Of a stretch of DNA of 64,000 nucleotides, positions 1 through 8,601 are shown in pieces. The DNA is from a virus (taxonomy: Duplodnaviria > Caudoviricetes). The notes under the pieces were generated by a model. The model made no database searches, had not been told where the DNA came from, and saw only the letters and a program-made list of their open reading frames with translations. The stretch spans positions 53,595 through 117,594 of the IMG/VR virus record IMGVR_UViG_3300035562_000082. One strand, given 5' to 3'. The position numbers and the translations under genes were made by a program. Each line of letters opens with the position of its first letter. The first letter of the stretch is position 1.

Positions 1-2409
1 CAGTACGTACCGTATACCAAGACCCCGTTCTTTGATCAACTGACGGCTCTTCAGGGTGTGCACCCGAAGGACGTTGAGGGCTATCCTCATGCAAAAGCCC
101 GTAAGGAATTGTTTGTCAAGCAGCCGGTGGAAGACCTGCCGTCCAAGGACTTGATTTTCACTCAGAACGTGGTGAACATCAAGGGCATAGCGCGGGCTGG
201 TGGAAATCCGGATCCATCACCCGCACAGGTAGTGCGGTATCAGGGTAAGAACTACCTGATGGACGGTCATCATCGGGTGGTCGATGGAATAGCCCATGGT
301 GAGTCCACGGTGCACGCGCATGTACTGACGATCGAGCCCGAGGCTAAAAAGTATGCGCAGATCCTGAAGTTCAATCCTTATCACGATGATAATGGACGGT
401 TTACCGTTCAAGAAGGCGGGGTGTTACCCGGGCACAAGAACATCCCGACCATCAACGCCATGCGCATGGCCATGGACAAGGTCGGGGAGGCGGAGTTCGA
501 ACGTCGGGTACGCGATCACGTAACGACCTTGGGCCGGCAGTTGACGGCCGATGAGTACTCACATGAGGTGGAGCGTATAGCCCGGCAACTGATTGCCCAG
601 AAGTTGGAGTTCGCGCGGATTCTGAAGTTCAACGAGAACCACGATGAACGGGGACGGTTTGCCAGTGGGCCGTCGAGTGGTGAGGATTTGCCGAAGAGCG
701 TGGCGCTGTCGGTCTCTGGTGAGCCGGTAGTTCGAGATCCAGGTTGGAAGAACCAAGCGATTTATGCTGAGAGGATGATTCGTGAAACCGCGAGTAAGTT
801 ACGGTTCAAGGGCGATGTACAAGTGATCTACGGCGAGGCCCCGTCGTTCAAGGTCGGAGACGCCACGTACAGAGAAGGTGGTCATTGGGATGCGCAGAAC
901 AATCGGATTGTGATCCGTGGTGATTGGACGTTGGATAAGACCACGCAGAATTTTGGTGGAGCGGCGATTGCCGGAGTGACTGCTCATGAGGTTCAGCATT
1001 CGCGCTGGACCTACGCTAAGGGTGAGTACGAATTGGCATCAGCGTTGATCAGCAAGGAACCACGAGGAGAAGCAGCGTACAAAGATCCGGTAATGCGTGC
1101 CAGTGGTGAGTTGAAACCTCCGTATGATGCTAAGTACCCGGCGTACGTGCAGTGGAATGCGGTGTTTAACGACGGCAAGATCCAGGATCAGCTAGAGAAA
1201 GAAGATGGAGTTACGGACTATAGTCGGGCGTATTGGAAGAACAAGGACGCACCGTTGTGGAGAGAGCGGGCGATTGACGAGACGCTGGCGGAGATCGCTA
1301 ATCTCAAGGCCCAAAACAAGTACTATAAGGCCGCCCCGTCTTGGGAGAAGGCGTATAAAGCGGTGAACCGCATTGCCCGTGATTTTGCCAGTGGTGCAAA
1401 TCGTCGGGCGTATCAAGCGGGTGATCCGAATCGTGTGGTGAAGGCCGAACAGAATCTGTGGGGGTTCGATGCGCGGTTCAAACTCTGTCCGGTAGATCAA
1501 GCGGTGGTGCTGAAGTACTTTGAACCCGATGGCTCACACACGTGGTTGACGCCTATTCCGGACAAACAGAAACCTGAGTATGCGGATATTTTGAAGTGGG
1601 ATGAGAATCAGCCACGAGATGATCGTGGGCGGTGGACCAGTGGTGGCGGAGATCTAGGACCAACCAGGGCAGAGCGCATTAAGGAACTTGCACAAGGACT
1701 GACGCCTGGAGATTACAGTAGCTTGCCGCCGAAGGCCGTGCAACCAACGGCCAACAAGGACGAGTTGTACAAGCGCGCGGCCGAGGGCCTGGAGCAGCTA
1801 CGGGACTGGTTGAACCGTGGAACGGGCGTGGCGTGCAAGATGGGCTACACGTTGGTGAAGAAGAGCCCGGATGACATGACAGCCGAGGACTGGCGGCAAT
1901 CGAGCAAGCTGCTGTTCATCGCGCCGTTGAAGGGCATGGGGCGGGCGGAGGAGAAGGTCAACGCCGACTACCATGGTGACTGGTCACAGCTTAAGGACGT
2001 GGTGCGCTGTACGTTGGCGACGGACAACGTGAATCAGTTGCAGGACACCATTCGAACGCTGGAGAAGCAGGGCATGGTGTTGGCCCAGCGGCCGAAAAAT
2101 AACATGGAAAACGCTTCTAAATACTGTTATCGAGATGTGAATTTGGTGGTAAAGCTACCTAATGGATTGTTGGCGGAGGTGCAGTTCAACGTCAAGGACA
2201 TGCTTCAGGCCAAGAACGAGGCCCACCGGTATTACGAGATCACGCGGTCGATCGAGGCCAAGCACACGGTGGACGGCGTGCAGTCGGACGCTCGTACGTG
2301 GCCGGAAAAGGATCAGGAGGATCATGCAGATGCAGCGGCAGTGCAGACCCACGTTTACCAGGATGCGTGGAGTGCTCATGTACGACAGTACTACAAGAAA
2401 AAACCGTGA
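1..2409 (+). CDS. 5'-partial polyvalent protein: ParB/Srx-like domain, zincin-like metallopeptidase, RelA/SpoT-like synthetase domain, separated by repeated tags
   Basis: Frame is open from base 1, so the true start lies upstream. ParB-like YLMDGHHR; HEVQH...ETLAE zincin motif; LKGMGRAEEKV...LKDVVRCT...YRDVNLVVKL...AEVQF RelA/SpoT motifs; three ILK-[FW]...D-x-x-GR[FW] repeats. Confidence 0.75.
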   Translation, partial: QYVPYTKTPFFDQLTALQGVHPKDVEGYPHAKARKELFVKQPVEDLPSKDLIFTQNVVNIKGIARAGGNPDPSPAQVVRYQGKNYLMDGHHRVVDGIAHGESTVHAHVLTIEPEAKKYAQILKFNPYHDDNGRFTVQEGGVLPGHKNIPTINAMRMAMDKVGEAEFERRVRDHVTTLGRQLTADEYSHEVERIARQLIAQKLEFARILKFNENHDERGRFASGPSSGEDLPKSVALSVSGEPVVRDPGWKNQAIYAERMIRETASKLRFKGDVQVIYGEAPSFKVGDATYREGGHWDAQNNRIVIRGDWTLDKTTQNFGGAAIAGVTAHEVQHSRWTYAKGEYELASALISKEPRGEAAYKDPVMRASGELKPPYDAKYPAYVQWNAVFNDGKIQDQLEKEDGVTDYSRAYWKNKDAPLWRERAIDETLAEIANLKAQNKYYKAAPSWEKAYKAVNRIARDFASGANRRAYQAGDPNRVVKAEQNLWGFDARFKLCPVDQAVVLKYFEPDGSHTWLTPIPDKQKPEYADILKWDENQPRDDRGRWTSGGGDLGPTRAERIKELAQGLTPGDYSSLPPKAVQPTANKDELYKRAAEGLEQLRDWLNRGTGVACKMGYTLVKKSPDDMTAEDWRQSSKLLFIAPLKGMGRAEEKVNADYHGDWSQLKDVVRCTLATDNVNQLQDTIRTLEKQGMVLAQRPKNNMENASKYCYRDVNLVVKLPNGLLAEVQFNVKDMLQAKNEAHRYYEITRSIEAKHTVDGVQSDARTWPEKDQEDHADAAAVQTHVYQDAWSAHVRQYYKKKP
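352..1635 (+). repeat. Three copies of a peptide tag: YAQILKFNPYHDDNGRF (352-402), FARILKFNENHDERGRF (610-660), YADILKWDENQPRDDRGRW (1579-1635)
   Basis: Read directly from the translation; each copy sits at a domain boundary. Confidence 0.9.
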
Positions 2410-2450
2410 TATACTGGGACTGATGGGCCTGTAGGCCCAGGGTTGTTACC

Positions 2451-2639
2451 ATGGTCGAGTACGCGGAATTGGAGGGCGTGGTTTACCGTACGCGAGCGGA
2501 CGGGTTCTTTGCCGAGCACGCGTATGGCGGAGCGTGGACGCCTGGGGGAAGCAATTCCAGGGTCTGTATGTACGGCCGACCAATGACCGAGAGCGAGGCC
2601 CGAAAGTTCTTGGGGTCGGAGTGGCCCGAAGGCCCTTGA
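2451..2639 (+). CDS. Small hypothetical protein, candidate antitoxin/immunity partner of the upstream RelA/SpoT domain
   Basis: 62 aa ORF directly after the toxin-like C-terminal domain; function inferred from position only. Confidence 0.5.
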   Translation: MVEYAELEGVVYRTRADGFFAEHAYGGAWTPGGSNSRVCMYGRPMTESEARKFLGSEWPEGP

Positions 2640-2664
2640 CAAACCTTTAGGGCTGTGCCATACT
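2636..2664 (+). promoter_or_regulatory. sigma70-type promoter TTGACA-N17-CATACT
   Basis: Perfect -35, 17 bp spacer; spacer nearly identical to that of the promoter at 8588. Confidence 0.75.
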
Positions 2665-2701
2665 ACGTCTGTAGTGTGATTTTCTTGTCAAGGAGTGACA
2701 A

Positions 2702-2785
2702 ATGACGATCGTCTGTGGTGTGGTGCTCGCGGTGTTCCTCGTGGTCTGCCTTGTGGGTTGTGCGGCTAGCGAGGGTTTCTACTGA
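2702..2785 (+). CDS. 27 aa hydrophobic peptide with possible lipobox (LVGC)
   Basis: AGGAG RBS; MTIVCGVVLAVFLVVCLVGCAASEGFY; stop overlaps the next start (TGATG). Confidence 0.5.
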   Translation: MTIVCGVVLAVFLVVCLVGCAASEGFY

Positions 2786-4755
2786 TGGCCATCGAGTTCT
2801 ATCCGATTACCGAGTCTCTGCTGCCGGAGAACGCGAACAAAGAGTTCCTGGGTAGCAAGGGCTATTTCCTGTGGTGGATGGCCCAGCAAGGACTTCCAGT
2901 TCCCCCGGCCGTAGTTTTGCCGACGACCGTTTGTCGTGAGTACTGGACGAAGCCCAAGTCGGTAATGCGTGAGGTTCGATCCACGGTCATTCAGATTGCC
3001 GCGTACTTTCAGAAGCAATGGGGGTACATGCCGTTGTTGGCCGTTCGTTCTGGCGCAGCGAATTCGATGCCGGGCATGATGGACACCATCCTGAACGTCG
3101 GACTCGATCCCGCGAACGAAGAGTTCTGGCGCAAGCGCCTGGGCGATAGCTGCTACGACAATTGTCGGCATCGGTTGATCACCATGTACGGCGATGTCGT
3201 CAAGGGCTTGGACCGACAGGAGTTGAAGGACCGCAGTGTGCAGGAGGCGCTGGCGTACTATCAGAAGGCCATGGGTGAATTCCCGGGGTTCAGAGACCAG
3301 CTAGTGGGCGCTGTTGAGGCGGTGTTGAAGTCCTGGAACACTGATCGGGCGAAGTTCTACCGCAGCAAGTACAAGATCTCCGATGATGGTGGAACGGCCG
3401 TTGTTATTCAGGCCATGGTCTTTGGCAACCTGAACAAGAACAGTGGTTCGGGTGTGATGTTCACCCGCAATCCGATTACAGGAGAGAACGAAGCCACGGG
3501 GAATTTTTTGGCCATGGCCCAGGGTGAGGACGTGGTGGGTAATGCGCTCGCGCCGAATTTGAAGGCCATGGGCAAAAGCCATCCGAAGGCCGCGAAGAGT
3601 GTGTTGGCGCTTGCGACCAAGCTTGAACACACGTTGAAGGACATGCAGGACGTGGAGTTCACGGTGCAGGATGGGGAGGTGTGGCTGTTGCAAACGCGCA
3701 CGGGCAAACGCGAAGTCCGGGCAGCGGTGAAGATCGCGTACGACATGGTGCACGAGCAGTTGATCACCGTGCAAGAGGCGGTCAAGCGCGCAAACCCTCG
3801 TCAGTTGGATCTTCTACAGCAACGGGCAGTGGCCCCGACGTTTACTAAAGCCCCGACGTTCATTGGCATGCCCGCGTGTTCGGGCGCGGTGGTGGGTAAA
3901 CCGGTGTTCACCGCACAAGCGGCAATCGATTGCCAGGAACCGTGTATCCTGGTGCGCAAGAACACCGATGTGGATGACATCGAGGGCATGGTCGCTGCGG
4001 CGGGGATCCTGGCCATGACCGGTAGCGAAACCTGTCATCCGGCGATAGTGGCCAGGGGCATGAACAAACCGTGCGTAGTGGCGCTCAAGCAATCGCTGGA
4101 GGTGTTCAATAACGTGGATCGTATTTCGATCGATGGTGCGACCGGTCGGGTGTGGTTGGAGGCCGTGCCCATGGTCGAGGCCGATAACACGGACTTGGTT
4201 CGGGCATTTCAGTCGATGATGATTCGGGCGTTGGATGTTGTTCCGGTGTCCGATACACCGATTGAGGGCGTGAACACCGTGTTTCTTGATCTAGGAGGAC
4301 GGTTGCACGATCAAGGACTGGTATTGAGCATGGTGATGGCCGCGCTGGATGCGGCGGATACCGTGTACGTGGACTGCCGGTGGGCCGATAGGCCGGAGGC
4401 CGAGCGATCGATGATGGACATGTTTTACCACAATTGCAAGTACGAACAGCAGTTTGTGCAGTTCCTGGACGAACATGTACCGGCGGAGAAACTTAGTAAG
4501 CTGGTGTTGCTGACCAATCAAAAGCCGACGAAAATACAGGTAATGAGTTGTGCCACGGGCTTGGCGGACTTGATCATGGCCAATGGCTGGATAGCAATTG
4601 AGCCCGGGCATGAACTTGGGTTCGCGGATCCGCAGGTGTCCAAGGTCTTGTCGTGGCAAAAGGCTGATGGACTACAGATTTTGTACTTGAATCATCATCG
4701 TGCAGATGGCCGATCGGTGTTGAGCCCCGAGCAGGTCATGCAGTTGCTAGGGTAG
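2785..4755 (+). CDS. Pyruvate phosphate dikinase-like protein (ATP-grasp + phospho-His swivel domain, no PEP/pyruvate TIM barrel)
   Basis: GLPVPP, VRSGA-x2-SMPGMMDTILNVG, QAMVFGN, FTRNP-x-TGE, QGEDVV, DVEFT...LLQTR; His domain TCHPAIVARGMNKPCV; unrelated ~190 aa C-terminus. Confidence 0.85.
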   Translation: MAIEFYPITESLLPENANKEFLGSKGYFLWWMAQQGLPVPPAVVLPTTVCREYWTKPKSVMREVRSTVIQIAAYFQKQWGYMPLLAVRSGAANSMPGMMDTILNVGLDPANEEFWRKRLGDSCYDNCRHRLITMYGDVVKGLDRQELKDRSVQEALAYYQKAMGEFPGFRDQLVGAVEAVLKSWNTDRAKFYRSKYKISDDGGTAVVIQAMVFGNLNKNSGSGVMFTRNPITGENEATGNFLAMAQGEDVVGNALAPNLKAMGKSHPKAAKSVLALATKLEHTLKDMQDVEFTVQDGEVWLLQTRTGKREVRAAVKIAYDMVHEQLITVQEAVKRANPRQLDLLQQRAVAPTFTKAPTFIGMPACSGAVVGKPVFTAQAAIDCQEPCILVRKNTDVDDIEGMVAAAGILAMTGSETCHPAIVARGMNKPCVVALKQSLEVFNNVDRISIDGATGRVWLEAVPMVEADNTDLVRAFQSMMIRALDVVPVSDTPIEGVNTVFLDLGGRLHDQGLVLSMVMAALDAADTVYVDCRWADRPEAERSMMDMFYHNCKYEQQFVQFLDEHVPAEKLSKLVLLTNQKPTKIQVMSCATGLADLIMANGWIAIEPGHELGFADPQVSKVLSWQKADGLQILYLNHHRADGRSVLSPEQVMQLLG

Positions 4756-4784
4756 TTGCCTGAATGACATTCGGAAGCTACAAT
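4756..4784 (+). promoter_or_regulatory. sigma70-type promoter TTGCCT-N17-TACAAT
   Basis: Intergenic, correct spacing, upstream of the wHTH gene. Confidence 0.5.
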
Positions 4785-4812
4785 CGGGAGGAGCCGATGC
4801 ACGCGTCGCCGG

Positions 4813-5262
4813 ATGCACACAGACTGTCCAAAGTGCGGGAGTTCCAGTGCCTGTTATCAACTAAATGGGCCGGATATTGTACTGCATTGTTTGTGCGGGT
4901 TCTTCCGCGTGGTGTTCTCTCAGTTGGAGACCGTGGAGATCCATCACAACGGGGTGGGCGCGGATGTTCGTCTGCCGAAGACCGGCACGCACTTACGTCG
5001 AACGTTGTTTGCGGTCGAGAACTTGGAAGAAGCGAATACAGCGGAGATCGCAGAACGGTTGTGGGACCTGGGGTTGCACTACACTATGAGTGATGTAGCG
5101 TCGTACCTCACGATCTTACGGTCCAAGGGTTTAGTGGAGTCACCGGTTATCCGTCGGGGGGTGGCCGGTGGAAGCACCTGGACGTTGACCGATGCGGCGA
5201 TGGATTTACTGGGGGCCTTACAGCCAAGCAATGGAGTGCAAATATGCTATCGATCGGGGTAA
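4813..5262 (+). CDS. Zn-ribbon + winged helix-turn-helix DNA-binding protein
   Basis: CPKC...CLC N-terminus; TAEIAERL...VASYLTILRSKGLVES...WTLT winged-helix pattern. Confidence 0.65.
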   Translation: MHTDCPKCGSSSACYQLNGPDIVLHCLCGFFRVVFSQLETVEIHHNGVGADVRLPKTGTHLRRTLFAVENLEEANTAEIAERLWDLGLHYTMSDVASYLTILRSKGLVESPVIRRGVAGGSTWTLTDAAMDLLGALQPSNGVQICYRSG

Positions 5263-5534
5263 TTACCGGGAGTCAGATCAACATTTGGACAATGCCGGGT
5301 TGTCCAGATCCATGGCGCGAGGTCGTGCAGATCCTGGAGGCGCGGCCGAAGATGGTGACGCTGAAGGTCAACGGCCGTAAGCCCGTGGTGGTCACCGACG
5401 AAGAGCAGATTGAGATCCTGCCGGCGGTGAAGGTCCAGGTAGGGGTGAAGGACGGTCTGAACATCAGCGGTAGTCGTTTGGCGTTTGATGCCCCGAGGTA
5501 CATTCAAATCCAACGGGTGCGAGAGCGTGCTTAA
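5244..5534 (+). CDS. CsrA/RsmA-like protein
   Basis: MLSIGVITGSQINI start and RLAFDAPRYIQIQR end resemble CsrA (ML-x-L-x-R...VRIG-x-x-AP-x-x-V-x-V-H-R), with an internal insertion. Confidence 0.5.
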   Translation: MLSIGVITGSQINIWTMPGCPDPWREVVQILEARPKMVTLKVNGRKPVVVTDEEQIEILPAVKVQVGVKDGLNISGSRLAFDAPRYIQIQRVRERA

Positions 5535-5802
5535 ACTCAGCGATCGGGTGAAGGCCATTGCTGTAGAGGAGGGGATTACGTTGTTGGAGTTGGAGACCAT
5601 GGTGGAACGCGCGGCGGTGATCACCAAGGGCGCGTTCAATCGCCGATATCACAACTGGGTGTTCTCGATGTCCGATGAAACGGCGGTTGAGGACATGCGG
5701 TCGTTCGTGATGCGTGGGGGTGGTTCTGCCCGAGTAGATCACCAAGAATGTGCGGGCAAAGGTTGTAAACTCTGTGGATGGTGGGGTAAGCTTTTGATAT
5801 GA
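5527..5802 (+). CDS. Hypothetical protein with C-terminal Cys cluster
   Basis: Co-oriented ORF overlapping the previous stop; HQECAGKGCKLC. Confidence 0.6.
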   Translation: MLKLSDRVKAIAVEEGITLLELETMVERAAVITKGAFNRRYHNWVFSMSDETAVEDMRSFVMRGGGSARVDHQECAGKGCKLCGWWGKLLI

Positions 5803-5842
5803 AAGGCTGTTAAACTGTAGGTAACCTAAAGGAGTAGGTGAC

Positions 5843-6337
5843 ATGTTGGGAAATCTGAAACTTCCGTTGTACTTTGGTAGCCATTACATGGTCTGGGGTG
5901 GGCCGTACTTGGAACGCCCGCAGGGCATGGTGTCGGTCAAGCTCGCGCGGGAGATCAATGCGCCGGCTGACCTGGAACTTCCGATCAAGGACTTCAGTAC
6001 ACCCGAACAAGCGGCCACCGACGCGGTGATGCGTGTGGCTGTGGCGTTCATTCTACGAGGTGAACCGCTGTACGCTGGGTGCATGGGCGGTCGAGGTCGT
6101 ACGGGGTTGTTTCTGTCGCTGTTGGCCAAAGCCTTTGGCGTACGTAGTCCCGTGCAGTACGTGCGGGCGAACTACTACGAGCATGCGGTGGAAACCGTGC
6201 AGCAAATGGAGTTCGTGCGCGACTACCAGATTCCGTTGGACGTGCAGAAGGCCGTGCGACGTGCCAAGTGGCGGTCGTTGTTTTCGTTCGGGCGGAACAT
6301 GACGGTGTACAACGGGGTGTTCGCCCAGGCCGCTTGA
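5843..6337 (+). CDS. Dual-specificity/protein-tyrosine phosphatase family protein
   Basis: CX5R loop GCMGGRGRTG, PIKDFSTP acid loop, AVET-x2-Q. Confidence 0.85.
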   Translation: MLGNLKLPLYFGSHYMVWGGPYLERPQGMVSVKLAREINAPADLELPIKDFSTPEQAATDAVMRVAVAFILRGEPLYAGCMGGRGRTGLFLSLLAKAFGVRSPVQYVRANYYEHAVETVQQMEFVRDYQIPLDVQKAVRRAKWRSLFSFGRNMTVYNGVFAQAA

Positions 6338-6362
6338 CAGACGACGGTGTTTGTACTATAGT
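6334..6362 (+). promoter_or_regulatory. sigma70-type promoter TTGACA-N17-TATAGT
   Basis: Near-consensus hexamers with 17 bp spacer. Confidence 0.75.
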
Positions 6363-6389
6363 TTGAAGTACTCCAAGGAGTGGGGTGTT

Positions 6390-6827
6390 GTGGGCGGAAT
6401 TGATAGACAACGGTATTTAGTAGACCCTGCATATAGGGCTCATGTTACTGCTAATAACAGAGCTTCTTATGCTCGCAGACAAGCAATTAAAGGAAAGCTG
6501 GTTAAATCTATTGGTCCATGTGCGCCGCGTAAAAACGTTATTCCGTTGTCGGGCGTACAACATCATCATAGGCAGAGGTACAGTTTAGAACCTTGTGAAT
6601 TTGATCGTCTGTATGAAGAACAGGAAGGGAAGTGCGCTTGTTGTTTTTCGCTTTTTGTGGAACCGGGTAAACTCCATGTAGACCATGATCATGAATTGAA
6701 TAAAGTGCGAGGATTGTTATGCCATAAGTGTAATCGTGGTATTGGTCTACTTGGTGATACGTTAGAATCAGTTCAAAGGGCCGTTAGTTATTTATTGAAA
6801 TCCCAAGGAGTGGGAGTAAAAGAGTGA
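6390..6827 (+). CDS. Endonuclease VII-family HNH (homing) endonuclease
   Basis: Q-x-GKCACC...LHVDHDH...VRGLLCHKCNRGIG; visibly AT-richer than its flanks; GTG start chosen downstream of the promoter and AAGGAG. Confidence 0.85.
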   Translation: MGGIDRQRYLVDPAYRAHVTANNRASYARRQAIKGKLVKSIGPCAPRKNVIPLSGVQHHHRQRYSLEPCEFDRLYEEQEGKCACCFSLFVEPGKLHVDHDHELNKVRGLLCHKCNRGIGLLGDTLESVQRAVSYLLKSQGVGVKE

Positions 6828-7861
6828 AGTACCTGCCGGCCAATACTCTTGCGTATTACCAAGCGGCGCCGCAGTTTAAACCGCAGGTGTTGACCCATGT
6901 GCCGGTAGCGCGATTGGCCAAGGCCACGCAGATTTACCGGCAGGGTCATACCACGGAGGTACCACCTACGGAGGAAGCCGCCCGGTTCTATGCGTTGAAT
7001 CACTGTGCGTCGATCGTACGTGCGCGGTTTACCGTCAATGAGGTTCTGCCGGCCTGGGCGCAGGCGGTGATGCAGGTGTATCTTGAGACCACGATCAAGC
7101 AGTCTGAACGCCTACTGCACTACATGATGTGCATCATCACGCGCGAGGCCCGTAATCAAGGGCACATGACCGACCTTGGGGGGAAGGTTATGGCGGAGAT
7201 CGAACACCAGAGTCCGCAAATGCGGGAGTTCCTGGAACAGATCAAATCCACTGCTGAAATGCAGGCGGTGGGCTGGTATATGGAACAACCGCCAGCGGTA
7301 ACGGCCGAGCAGTATGTGCAGGCCATAGCCCACTTGTTTGACCACGGTAAGTGGAGCAGTAGCTACGGCGGGAAGAACTGGGGGAACATCGCGCGGACGG
7401 TGTTGAAGGTCTTGACCGGTGTAACGTCGTTGGAGACCTTGACCGACACCGCGTACACGTTGGCGCACAACGGTGGGCCGATGTTCAACAAGGGCATGCT
7501 CTATTCTTCTTCAGATGAAATCAAAGAACGGTTGTTGATGGTGTTGGACGTACAGCGTGGAGGTCAAGTACCGGAGTTGTTTTTGGATCAGGAGAATTGG
7601 GCGGGCCTTGTACGACCCCCGGGTATCGTGCAGATCGTAGAGCAAGTTCGTCACGAAGTACCTAAGGCCATTGGGCAGTACGTGGATTGGCAGAAGGTGA
7701 TCAACGCCAGTCCCGTGGGCGAGTACGACCACCAGTTGAGCAAGCAGCAGCAGAAGCACCCGGCGCCGCAGGTTCAGATGTTCATGGGCAAGCCCGCGAA
7801 GAAGGTCGGGGAGTTCCAGGTGTTTCCTGGGCAATCGGTTGAAGTGTACGAACGAGGATGA
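6824..7861 (+). CDS. Hypothetical protein of the phosphotransfer module
   Basis: 345 aa ORF with motif-like YGGKNWGNIA and AHNGGPMFNK segments; family not recognised. Confidence 0.7.
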   Translation: MKYLPANTLAYYQAAPQFKPQVLTHVPVARLAKATQIYRQGHTTEVPPTEEAARFYALNHCASIVRARFTVNEVLPAWAQAVMQVYLETTIKQSERLLHYMMCIITREARNQGHMTDLGGKVMAEIEHQSPQMREFLEQIKSTAEMQAVGWYMEQPPAVTAEQYVQAIAHLFDHGKWSSSYGGKNWGNIARTVLKVLTGVTSLETLTDTAYTLAHNGGPMFNKGMLYSSSDEIKERLLMVLDVQRGGQVPELFLDQENWAGLVRPPGIVQIVEQVRHEVPKAIGQYVDWQKVINASPVGEYDHQLSKQQQKHPAPQVQMFMGKPAKKVGEFQVFPGQSVEVYERG

Positions 7862-8601
7862 TCATGGGCAAGAAGTTGAGTTCGAGTTCGTACGCGCTAC
7901 CGGCCTGGGCAGAGGCGGAGATCGCCAGTGCGCCGATGGTGCGGTGTTACGAAACGCATCCTAAGTTATCGGTGACCGATGCCTCGACTGGTCATACGTA
8001 CTGGGTGTACGGTGGTAGCTGTAGCTGGCCGGTGGTGGACGACGCGGATATCTACATCGGACTTGATCGCAGCATGACCTTTGCCCATCAGTTGTACCCA
8101 TGGGATGAACCAAAGGTCGATCCGGTGATCGAGGTGCAGTATGTGATCGTGGACATGAGTGTGCCGGCTGATCCGTCGTCGTTCAAGCGGATGGTTAAGT
8201 GGATCTGTCAACAGATTCTTGTGGGCAAGAAGGTGCACGTGGGATGCATCGGTGGTCATGGTCGGACGGGCATGGTGCTGGCGGCCATCGTGTTCGAGCT
8301 TTCGGGCAATCATCAGGCCATTCTGTACGTGCGTGAGCACTACTGCAAGAAGGCCGTGGAGGCCAGTGAACAGATCGAGTTTCTTCATGAGCAATATGGC
8401 ATGGACAAGGCCCAGGCGACCAAGAGCGCGGATGGGAAGGGGTGGAAAGGCGAGGGGGCGTGGGATGGTCAGACCAAGCTGCCGGCGATCTGGCAAGGTA
8501 AGGCCCAGCCACTGCAATCAGTTGCATTTTCTAACGCCACTAGGGTGATTGATCCGACACCCAGCAAGAAATCCTTGTGGAATCCGATTGACAAACCCTA
8601 G
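7858..8601 (+). CDS. Second dual-specificity/PTP-family phosphatase
   Basis: HVGCIGGHGRTG CX5R loop, IVDMSVP, AVE-x3-Q. Confidence 0.85.
   Translation: MIMGKKLSSSSYALPAWAEAEIASAPMVRCYETHPKLSVTDASTGHTYWVYGGSCSWPVVDDADIYIGLDRSMTFAHQLYPWDEPKVDPVIEVQYVIVDMSVPADPSSFKRMVKWICQQILVGKKVHVGCIGGHGRTGMVLAAIVFELSGNHQAILYVREHYCKKAVEASEQIEFLHEQYGMDKAQATKSADGKGWKGEGAWDGQTKLPAIWQGKAQPLQSVAFSNATRVIDPTPSKKSLWNPIDKP

Noticed and set aside
2425-2438. GGGCCTGTAGGCCC hairpin as a terminator
   Set aside because: No U-tract follows
2785-4755. Calling this a functional ppdK auxiliary metabolic gene
   Set aside because: The PEP/pyruvate-binding barrel is missing, so canonical activity is not supported
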